In this document: positions 38,248 to 45,549 of the stretch, piece by piece
Position numbering within the stretch: position 1 is the stretch's first letter
How the letters are laid out: each line of letters opens with the position of its first letter
Assembly: GCA_964403285.1 (NCBI GenBank)
Contig: CAYOFG010000001.1
Location: 22,183 to 86,182, forward strand
Reading direction: 5' to 3'
DNA: 64,000 nt
From: an uncultured Clostridia bacterium
Lineage (GTDB): Bacteria; UBA6262; WVXT01
The notes under the pieces: generated by a model
Database searches by the model: none
What the model saw: the letters and a program-made list of their open reading frames with translations, nothing else
What the model was told of the DNA's origin: nothing
Translations under genes and position numbers: made by a program

Positions 38248-38357
38248 AATTCTGGGGACACAATACTTAATTAATAACCATACGGGCTATTCGTGCCATA
38301 GCATAATCAACATACCAGAGTCGTATCTGGATAATTAAGTATTGTGTCCCCAGAATT
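38248..38357. repeat. MITE-like element: 26-bp perfect terminal inverted repeats flanking 56 bp, with dispersed solo copies elsewhere
   Basis: aattctggggacacaatacttaatta (~38248-38274) is the reverse complement of taattaagtattgtgtccccagaatt (~38331-38357). The core ggggacacaatactt recurs at ~45403-45417. aattaagtattgtgtcccc recurs at ~48587-48605. Confidence 0.5.
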
Positions 38358-38377
38358 GCTTTTTGTAGCGCTCTTAT

Positions 38378-39781
38378 TTACGCCCTTTGCCCCTTTGGTG
38401 CCCCTTCAGTGCCCCTTTCGCCCCTTTGGTGCCCCTTTAAAATATAGTAGGTGCCTTTTCCAGTTATGCCAATCCGTTCAAAAATCTTTTTGTCTTCAAG
38501 TTCTCTCAAATCATCTGTAGCCTGCCTTTTCTTTACTTCGCAGACCTCCTGATACTCCTTGTTTGTGATGCGTTCTTTCTCCTTTACATACATCACGGCT
38601 TTGATTTGTCTATTATTCAAACCTAATTCTCTCAAATTTTTCTCGGTTAAGATATCTTTCCTGAAAGTAACCGCAAACATTCCCATATCTTCGGAGAATT
38701 GGGGCTCGGGTAAGCCACTATCAATGCATTCTCTAATAATCTTTAATGTTCCGCCTCCCCATTTTTCTATATAACCAGTGTAAAAGAAGGCTTCGGCAAT
38801 GAGCCGATTGTGCGGCCGGGAGGGATGTTCGGTCTTTAATTGCTCCAAGGATAGGTCGGGAGGAAGCTTACCAGGATTCCAGACTAAAATATGGTCATCA
38901 TAAATTCGGATTTGAGTGTTCGCGCTATCCAGATAGTCCCTGTGACAAACGGCATTTATTACAGTTTCTCTTAATGCTTCTAAAGGATACTCCCAAACGA
39001 CCTTTCTTTGCGGCTCACCAGTAAATTCAAATTTCGTCTGGAGCCTATCTCTAAAATATAACATTGCCTCTTCAATCTGTTCAAAAAGAGTTCCTCGGAT
39101 TTCCTTGTCATCGATAATTATGGTTTCCGATTTAAATCTTCCCATCTTTAAAATTGCCTGAAGATAAAATCTATGAGGATTCTTACCAAAGAGTAGGATT
39201 GCTGCTTTTGTTGGCTTCCCTTTTTGTATCAGTTCCAATTTTTCCAATGTAGTTAAAGGCTTCTCATTTTCAGGAATGGGCCTGCGGCCTGTCTTGTTAC
39301 AAAGTCCTACAAATTTCTTAACCTTCTCTAAACCAATGTCTTCAAGAGTAGTCTGAGGCTCAATCAGACAGTCCCAGGTAGTCCCTGCAGTCTCAAGAAC
39401 AAGTGTAGTTATATCTTCCCAGCCCATTTGACGATTGCTTGAACTTACTCTTTTAAAGTATCTACCCTTAAAACTAACCGGTTTAATACGATTTTCAAGG
39501 ATATGGAAGAGAATGATTTTCTTTTCCTTTACAGAAAACTTCTCAGGCTTTATGGAAATCTTTGGTTCTGTAGTTTGGGAGACTTGGTTTACCCATTCAT
39601 CCAGAGTCTTTTTGCCCAGCCGGACACCTTTTATTTTGCCTTTATCATCTATACCAATAAAAATTCTGCCTCCCTTTGTATTGGCGAAGGCAACAGCAGT
39701 CTCGATGAATTCCTTATCAAAACTTTCTTTAAACTCTATTGTTTCGGATTCCCCTTTAGCTAAAATTTCCTTAATATTCAT
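38378..39781 (-). CDS. Protein with a Schlafen-like AlbA_2 DNA-binding domain, an HATPase_c_4 ATPase domain and a C-terminal winged helix (often annotated as transcriptional regulator or RecG-like ATP-binding protein)
   Basis: The N-terminus ESETIEFKESFDKEFIETAVAFANTKGGRIFIGIDDKGKIKGV is the Schlafen-like AlbA_2 signature. The mid region LRETVINAVCHRDY...IRIYDDHILVWNPG matches HATPase_c_4. A C-terminal wHTH is present. The 3' end carries short tandem repeats. Confidence 0.55.
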   Translation of the reverse strand: MNIKEILAKGESETIEFKESFDKEFIETAVAFANTKGGRIFIGIDDKGKIKGVRLGKKTLDEWVNQVSQTTEPKISIKPEKFSVKEKKIILFHILENRIKPVSFKGRYFKRVSSSNRQMGWEDITTLVLETAGTTWDCLIEPQTTLEDIGLEKVKKFVGLCNKTGRRPIPENEKPLTTLEKLELIQKGKPTKAAILLFGKNPHRFYLQAILKMGRFKSETIIIDDKEIRGTLFEQIEEAMLYFRDRLQTKFEFTGEPQRKVVWEYPLEALRETVINAVCHRDYLDSANTQIRIYDDHILVWNPGKLPPDLSLEQLKTEHPSRPHNRLIAEAFFYTGYIEKWGGGTLKIIRECIDSGLPEPQFSEDMGMFAVTFRKDILTEKNLRELGLNNRQIKAVMYVKEKERITNKEYQEVCEVKKRQATDDLRELEDKKIFERIGITGKGTYYILKGHQRGERGTEGAPKGQRA

Positions 39782-39818
39782 TTCTCTAATCCCATTTTCT
39801 TCCTTAAGAACTCCAACA

Positions 39819-39859
39819 CCTCTACTGCCCTCAAGGGGATTTGAACCCCTGTTTCCACC
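39819..39859 (-). other. tRNA 3'-half-like fragment (T-arm plus acceptor strand, no 5' half), a possible tRNA remnant
   Basis: The minus strand reads GAGGUGGAAACAGGGGUUCAAAUCCCCUUGAGGGCAG. It has a T-loop GGTTCAAATCC with a 5-bp T-stem. No D-arm or anticodon arm lies upstream. It is not identical to the 3' end of the neighbouring tRNA-Glu. Confidence 0.35.
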
Positions 39860-39884
39860 TCATTCTATTCTTCTCAAAAAATTC

Positions 39885-39963
39885 TGGTAGCGCCAACGGG
39901 ATTTGAACCCGTGATCTCTGCCTTGAGAGGGCAGCGTCCTAAACCAGACTAGACGATGGCGCC
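39885..39963 (-). tRNA. tRNA-Glu (anticodon CUC), CCA encoded
   Basis: The minus strand reads GGCGCCATCGTCTAGTCTGGTTTAGGACGCTGCCCTCTCAAGGCAGAGATCACGGGTTCAAATCCCGTTGGCGCTACCA. The 7-bp acceptor has a G1-U72 pair. The D-arm GUCU/AGGAC is Glu-like. The anticodon stem CUGCC/GGCAG has loop CUCUCAA, giving anticodon CUC. The T-loop is TTCAAAT. Confidence 0.75.
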
Positions 39964-39989
39964 ACCGACTACAATCGTAAATTCTTACA

Positions 39990-41024
39990 TTACTGGGGTT
40001 CTTCGGGAATTTCCGGAGGTCTTTTCTCTCCTACGGTTAATAATTTCTCACCCAGTCTATCCAGTTTCCTTCCTGCTTCTTCATATCTGGTTCTACTATT
40101 AGATAAGTGTCTCCCCAATACTTCAAAATCTTCCTTGAACTTAATCAAGTCTCCACGCAGGCGAGTCAGATTACCCAAAATCTCTTCCGCAGCTTTCTCG
40201 ATTCTCAATCCTTTCAGCCCCAGGACTAATGCCTGCAAATAGGCATAGAAGCTGTTCGGCGATACGGGAATAACTCTCTTGGAAAGCGCATAGGAACAGA
40301 TTCTTTCCTCTTCGCCAACAGTCTCATCCTTAATTATCGTCTCATAATATACATTTTCCGCAGGGATATAGAGGAGCGCAAAATCGAAAGTATCCTCATC
40401 CGGCAGAATGTACTTATCGGAAATATCGTCAATATGTTTTTTGACATCTCTCACAAACTCCCTGCGACTTGCCTGTTTATTCTCTTCGCCACTGGTTTCT
40501 AACATCCTTTTGAAGTTTTCCAGGGGAAACTTAGAATCTACCGGAACAAGCCGATTACCCAGGCGAATAACTGCATCCACAACTTCTCCATTCTTGAATT
40601 TGTGTTTGAGGGTGAAATGTTCTTGTGGCAGAATCTGTCCCAGGAGATTTGCCAGGAGGAACTCACCTATTTCGCCACGAAAGGTAGGTGCCCGGAGAAG
40701 ATCCTGAAGGCTCGATATATCTTTTCCTACCTCAAAAATTCTCTTGTTCGCTTCCTCCATTCTACCCAGGCTCTCCTTTACAGAAGTGACGACTTGAGTA
40801 GTATCGCCAAGCCTGTCACTTACCTGGCTAGTAATGGCGTTTAACTGGCCCGTCATCTGAGTTGTTAGATTTGCTATCTGCTGTTGCATTACCAGAAGTG
40901 CCGGCTCACTTACTCCCTTTGCCTCCAAATTCCTAATCCTTCTTCTCGCACTCATGGCCATCCACATCATAAGAATAACCAAAACACCCGCTCCTCCAAG
41001 TAAAACCCATATAGTCAATCCCAT
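39990..41024 (-). CDS. rmuC: DNA recombination protein RmuC
   Basis: An N-terminal TM helix and long coiled-coil are followed by the conserved RmuC C-terminal region FDFALLYIPAENVYYETII...SPNSFYAYLQ. Confidence 0.7.
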   Translation of the reverse strand: MGLTIWVLLGGAGVLVILMMWMAMSARRRIRNLEAKGVSEPALLVMQQQIANLTTQMTGQLNAITSQVSDRLGDTTQVVTSVKESLGRMEEANKRIFEVGKDISSLQDLLRAPTFRGEIGEFLLANLLGQILPQEHFTLKHKFKNGEVVDAVIRLGNRLVPVDSKFPLENFKRMLETSGEENKQASRREFVRDVKKHIDDISDKYILPDEDTFDFALLYIPAENVYYETIIKDETVGEEERICSYALSKRVIPVSPNSFYAYLQALVLGLKGLRIEKAAEEILGNLTRLRGDLIKFKEDFEVLGRHLSNSRTRYEEAGRKLDRLGEKLLTVGEKRPPEIPEEPQ

Positions 41025-41211
41025 TAATTCCCCTCCATTTAAAACATAGTTGGGCGACCACGGAGTGTCGCCCCTACATTAAAGCAGAGCTTCGCCCCGA
41101 TGAAGCGGGACGGCTACATTATTCCCCAATACATTCCTCCCCCGATTTCATCGGGGAGTCCAGAGATTTCATTTATTATACCAAATTTAAAAACGCGAAA
41201 ACAAGAATGAA

Positions 41212-42363
41212 TTACATCGACTTCCTGTATATTTCCTCTATCTCTTTGGTACTCGGGCGGCGTGGATTTAATGAGAGGACGCGCTCGTTCTTGCCAACGG
41301 CTTCAGCAAAACCAGCCAAGGACTCTTCCTTCACTCCTATCTCCTTCAAGCCCCTGGGTATGCCTATCTTTTCTGACAGTTCCCTTACTGCTACAACACT
41401 CAGGCGGGCGGCGTCCTTTTCCGATAGACCTTCTACCTTCTTCCCCATTGCCGCAGCAATGTTTCTATACTTAATAGGATTGGCCACAAGATTAAACTCC
41501 ATTGCTTCAGGCATAAGTAAAGCATTTGCTAATCCATGGGGAGCTCCGTAGTAGAGGGTGATCGAATAACCCATACCATGAATTATTCCTGCCCCCGAGG
41601 AAGTAAGCGCGATCCCCGCAATTGAAGAAGCAAAGAGCATCTTTTTCCTGACTTCTATATTTTCCGGTTGGGAAACTGCCCTTGGCAAAGCCTCAGCAAT
41701 TAAGCGTATCGATTCTAAAGCCAATATGTCACTAACCGGATTTGCCTTGGTACAGACATAGCTTTCAATGGCGTGACTTAGAGCATCCGCTCCTGTATTG
41801 GCAGTAAGAGAGGCAGGCATGCTCAGGGTTAACATTGGGTCGAGAATAGCAAGCCTGGGGTTAATATGAAAGCTACCGATTATCTGTTTCAACATTTTCT
41901 TCTGGTCGGTAACGACTGCATATTTTGTAACTTCACTCCCCGTTCCCGCTGTAGTGGGGATAGCGATAACAGGAATAGCCGGTTCTTTTACCTTATCCAT
42001 CCCGAAATAATCAATAATACTACCCTTGTTGGTCACAAGTAAGGCGATTCCCTTTGCTGCGTCCATCGAGCTTCCTCCGCCCAGGCCAATTACTACCTCC
42101 ACCGCGCATTTCCTGGCAAATTTTGCTCCTTCTTCAACTGTCTCCACGCTCGGGTCGGGTTCCACCTTATTAAATACCTTTACTTGAAGATTATGGGAAA
42201 CAAGCGAATTTACCACATCATCCAGACTACCCGACTTCTTTGCCGAGGACTTCCCTGTAACTATCAAAACCTTCTCGCCAAACTTCCTGGCTTCTTCACC
42301 CACTCTTTTCAGACTTCCTTCGCCAAATATGATTCTTGTTGGAGAATAGAAAACAGATTCCAT
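41212..42363 (-). CDS. Iron-containing (group III) alcohol dehydrogenase
   Basis: GGGSSMDAAKGIA is the Fe-ADH GGGSxxD motif. The NAD-binding GKSSAKKSG region and the metal-binding His cluster ALSHAIESY...IIHGMGY are present. Confidence 0.75.
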   Translation of the reverse strand: MESVFYSPTRIIFGEGSLKRVGEEARKFGEKVLIVTGKSSAKKSGSLDDVVNSLVSHNLQVKVFNKVEPDPSVETVEEGAKFARKCAVEVVIGLGGGSSMDAAKGIALLVTNKGSIIDYFGMDKVKEPAIPVIAIPTTAGTGSEVTKYAVVTDQKKMLKQIIGSFHINPRLAILDPMLTLSMPASLTANTGADALSHAIESYVCTKANPVSDILALESIRLIAEALPRAVSQPENIEVRKKMLFASSIAGIALTSSGAGIIHGMGYSITLYYGAPHGLANALLMPEAMEFNLVANPIKYRNIAAAMGKKVEGLSEKDAARLSVVAVRELSEKIGIPRGLKEIGVKEESLAGFAEAVGKNERVLSLNPRRPSTKEIEEIYRKSM

Positions 42364-42365
42364 GG

Positions 42366-45300
42366 TTACCTCCTTATTTCACAAACCGGTTTATAATCGC
42401 AAAATTCACACTTTTTGCCCCGACCGACCGGTGCGAAATCTTCTTCCCGAATTTTCTTTATTATTGTTCTTATTCTCTTTTCCAAATCGTGCTCCGTATC
42501 CTTTCCAATCTTTACGCTGCTCAGGCAATTATGCCTCAGCCAGTATAAGCTCAACTTTTCCACAGGACTGTATCTTAAGACCTTCTCTGCCCCCCATTTG
42601 TAAAGGAGCATTGGCAAAACGTAAGGCTCCTCATTCTTCTGCCGATTAGTCTTATAATCGATAATATGGTATCCCTTCCCGCAAGGTCTATCAATTCGGT
42701 CGATTATTCCCCTGATTTCGCAGTCTTCAATAAAAAGATGGAACGGCTCTTCTACTCTAATCACATTATCAATTTGATTCTCTGAATTATCCAGAAATTT
42801 CACAAGGATCTGTTTAGCTTCTTTTTCATAGATATTTCTAATCTCCCTGTCACCAATTCCATGAGCCTTCGCCAGTGAACGGAACTTACTCATCAATTTC
42901 GACTCTCTCCATTCTTTTCCTTCTTTTCTTGATAAAATGTACTCTTCCAGAGTCTTGTGAATTACTGTCCCGAACGTCGACTCTTCAATCATTTCTTCTT
43001 CTTTCTCTCTTTCCAATCCCGGGTCGGGAGGGAGATTGAATAAGTAAAGATATTTATACCTTAAGGGACACTGGTCAAAAGTCGCAAGTTGGGTAACCGT
43101 AAAAGAAGGAAGAGAAATCTCATGGGAAGGAAGTGACTTATAAGAAGAAAATACGATATCTTTTATCTCTTCCAACGCCACCGCCTCAATCCCCTTCTCT
43201 CTTCGGCCTGCCGGATATATTTCTTTCTCCCGGATTTCCTTCTCCTGCAAAAACTTCTCCCTCCTATTCTCAATTAAGGAAGAGAATTCTTCTTTTATTT
43301 CTCCCCGCTCGTCGAGAAAATAAGACATAAACGGACTCAACTTCCCTTGCGTGTTCCCGGTGCCGGAAATTATCAATTTCTCTCGCGGTCTGGTCAGGCT
43401 AACATAGAGAAGCCTCTTTTCCTCCATGTCGGTCTCTTTTTTCTTTCTTTTTCTCTCTTCTCTGGTAGATATAATCGACTGTTCATCATAGGCATAAAAT
43501 GGAGTAGCTCCTCCCACGAAAGGGAAAGTCTTATCCTTAACGTTAGCTAAGAAAACGATAGGAAATTCCAATCCTTTTGCCTGGTGAATCGACATTATAC
43601 GTACAGCGTTCTCTTCACCAGGTTTAGCTTCACTCTCCACTACTCCCTGTTGCGTAACTTCCTTCACATAGGCAATGAAATCTTCCAGCGTGGAAAAGAT
43701 ATTTCTCTCCTCAAATTCCTCAACGAGGCTGAAAAATTTCTTAATATTTGCCAGGGTTCTCCTCCTTTCAGTGGGAGGTAAACTCTGAGCATAATGGAAA
43801 TAGTTGCTCTGGCTAATCACTTTATATACCAGCTCACCTAAACTGTAATTACTCTTCTCCAGGAAGAACCTCTCCAACAAGGCTTTGCAATTCCTGAGCG
43901 CCTTCTTATCCTCCTCTTGAATGTCAAGATTATCCAGCTTCCCCAGGGCGTCGTAAATGGGATAACGCTTCCTCACCATCTTCTCCTCGTCTTCTATTTC
44001 TCGCTCAGGAAAGACGCTCGCCAGAGAAGAGAGACTGGAATTCTTAATTCTGAAAACGGGCGACCTCAATAGTCTCACCAGAGAAATATCATCGAAAGGA
44101 TTATTGATTGCCCCCAGTAATGCTACCAGATCTCTTATTTCCGGCCTTTCATAGTAACCTGTCCCGCCCGTAGTAACAAAAGGAATCCCGTGTCTCCTCA
44201 AAGCTTCCTCATATATTCCTACGGGAGTCCTGACCGCTCTCAACAGTATCGATATATCCTCAAGCTGCAAGCTCCTTCCCCGGTCTTCTTCTCTTATTGG
44301 ATTTTTTATACAATATTCTCTCAGCAACTGGAGAATTTTCTGGGCAATAAATTCAGCTTCTTCTTCCTGGGATTCTGCCAGAAATGTCTCCACGCCACAT
44401 TCCTCTCCTTCTTTTTCTGAACTTATAGGTTCATAATCAGGAATTTCCGTCTCCAGCGCCTTATTGACTACTTTCAGAATCTTATTGAAGGAACGAAAAT
44501 TCTTAGTCAAGGAAAGGCTCAATTCAGATTCTTTACTAAAATCTTCAATATTCTGAGGCTTAGCTCCTCTAAAAGCATAGATGGACTGTTTGATATCACC
44601 TACCACGAAGTAGTTATGAGAGAACTGGCGTAAGAGTTTATCCTGAAGAGGCGTGGTGTCCTGGTACTCGTCAACCAGGACGTATCTAAACTGTTTTCGG
44701 TACTTCTCTCTTATCTTCCTATTATTCTGGAGAAGATGCAATGTCTCCAGAAGAATCCCGGAAAAATCGAAGTAATGCCGCTTTTTGAGTTCTTCTTCAT
44801 AAGAAGCATAAATCTTGGCAATGAGATGTGTTAAATTTCTCTTCTCTTCATCTTCTACTTTGGAAATCTCGCGCAGAAATTCCGAAGGAGACATCGCCCT
44901 GTTTCTTATTTCCTGAACGTATTCATAAATCCCGGCAAGAAACTCATCCAGCCACTGGTCTATTATGACCCGGGGCAACTTCCCTTTCTCAAGTAATGCT
45001 TCACCCACCTTGCAGAAAAGGATCTTAGCCTCAATCTCATTAATCACTCTGAAATTCGGCTCCAGACCTATTTCCAGTCCATTCTCTCTGAGAAGTCGCG
45101 TACAGAAAGAATCGATGGTACTGATGTAGGATTTTCTTGATAGAACTTCCCTGGGAAGAGACATATTCTGTAACTCTTTTTCCAATCTCTCCCTCATCTC
45201 TCCCGCAGCCTTATTGGTGAATGTAACCGCCAGAATACTCTCTATAGCCTCTTCAGGAGATACTCCCTTGTCCAGGAGACTGGAAAATATCTTCAGGTAC

Positions 45301-45428
45301 CTGCTTACCAGGACCGAAGTCTTCCCTGTTCCTGCTCCTGCCTTCAGGCAGACAGTACCTGCAATCTCATCAACTGCTCTCTTCTGTTCTAAAGTTAAAA
45401 AAGGGGACACAATACTTTTTTCTCCCAT
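42366..45428 (-). CDS. UvrD/PcrA-type helicase fused to C-terminal Cys4 PD-(D/E)xK nuclease (AddA/AdnB-like helicase-nuclease subunit)
   Basis: I moved the start to the internal MGEKSIVSPFLTLEQKRAV, because the upstream part of the ORF consists of intergenic repeats. Walker A is AGAGTGKTS. Motif III is QSIYAFRGA. The C-terminal nuclease has CPLRYKYLYLF...IIDYKT...CEFCDYKPVCE, a Cas4/AddB-type Fe-S arrangement. Confidence 0.7.
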   Translation of the reverse strand: MGEKSIVSPFLTLEQKRAVDEIAGTVCLKAGAGTGKTSVLVSRYLKIFSSLLDKGVSPEEAIESILAVTFTNKAAGEMRERLEKELQNMSLPREVLSRKSYISTIDSFCTRLLRENGLEIGLEPNFRVINEIEAKILFCKVGEALLEKGKLPRVIIDQWLDEFLAGIYEYVQEIRNRAMSPSEFLREISKVEDEEKRNLTHLIAKIYASYEEELKKRHYFDFSGILLETLHLLQNNRKIREKYRKQFRYVLVDEYQDTTPLQDKLLRQFSHNYFVVGDIKQSIYAFRGAKPQNIEDFSKESELSLSLTKNFRSFNKILKVVNKALETEIPDYEPISSEKEGEECGVETFLAESQEEEAEFIAQKILQLLREYCIKNPIREEDRGRSLQLEDISILLRAVRTPVGIYEEALRRHGIPFVTTGGTGYYERPEIRDLVALLGAINNPFDDISLVRLLRSPVFRIKNSSLSSLASVFPEREIEDEEKMVRKRYPIYDALGKLDNLDIQEEDKKALRNCKALLERFFLEKSNYSLGELVYKVISQSNYFHYAQSLPPTERRRTLANIKKFFSLVEEFEERNIFSTLEDFIAYVKEVTQQGVVESEAKPGEENAVRIMSIHQAKGLEFPIVFLANVKDKTFPFVGGATPFYAYDEQSIISTREERKRKKKETDMEEKRLLYVSLTRPREKLIISGTGNTQGKLSPFMSYFLDERGEIKEEFSSLIENRREKFLQEKEIREKEIYPAGRREKGIEAVALEEIKDIVFSSYKSLPSHEISLPSFTVTQLATFDQCPLRYKYLYLFNLPPDPGLEREKEEEMIEESTFGTVIHKTLEEYILSRKEGKEWRESKLMSKFRSLAKAHGIGDREIRNIYEKEAKQILVKFLDNSENQIDNVIRVEEPFHLFIEDCEIRGIIDRIDRPCGKGYHIIDYKTNRQKNEEPYVLPMLLYKWGAEKVLRYSPVEKLSLYWLRHNCLSSVKIGKDTEHDLEKRIRTIIKKIREEDFAPVGRGKKCEFCDYKPVCEIRR

Positions 45429-45435
45429 AAAATAG

Positions 45436-45549
45436 AAAATAGGGACAGCGACCATTTTTTCGTAATAGGAACAGCGACCATTTTTTTCAAGCAAACAGCA
45501 TCTTAAGTCTCATTAGAAAATCTTGAAAAATGGTCGCTGTCCCTATTTT
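45436..45549. repeat. Three copies of a 21-24 nt repeat (two direct, one inverted) in the intergenic region between the two helicase-nuclease genes
   Basis: aaaatagggacagcgaccatttttt lies at ~45436-45460. taggaacagcgaccattttttt lies at ~45466-45487. The perfect reverse complement aaaaatggtcgctgtccctatttt lies at ~45526-45549. This gives a 24-bp potential stem with a 65-nt loop, and the last copy overlaps the stop codon of 45543..48536. Confidence 0.6.

Noticed and set aside
37987-38274. Plus-strand 95 aa ORF in the large intergenic region upstream of the rSAM operon
   Set aside because: It overlaps the predicted promoter, leader RNA and one arm of the MITE-like inverted repeat. Its C-terminus GDTILN is simply the repeat translated. 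It has no RBS and is more parsimoniously non-coding.
39819-39859. Second complete tRNA gene adjacent to tRNA-Glu
   Set aside because: Only a T-arm and acceptor 3' strand are present. There is no D-arm or anticodon arm and no CCA. I recorded it as a tRNA remnant, not a gene.
45436-45549. CRISPR array
   Set aside because: The only clustered direct repeats are three copies (one inverted) of a 21-24 nt unit with irregular spacing. There is no regular repeat-spacer periodicity and no cas operon nearby. The Cas4-like nuclease at 52531 is a stand-alone PD-(D/E)xK protein.
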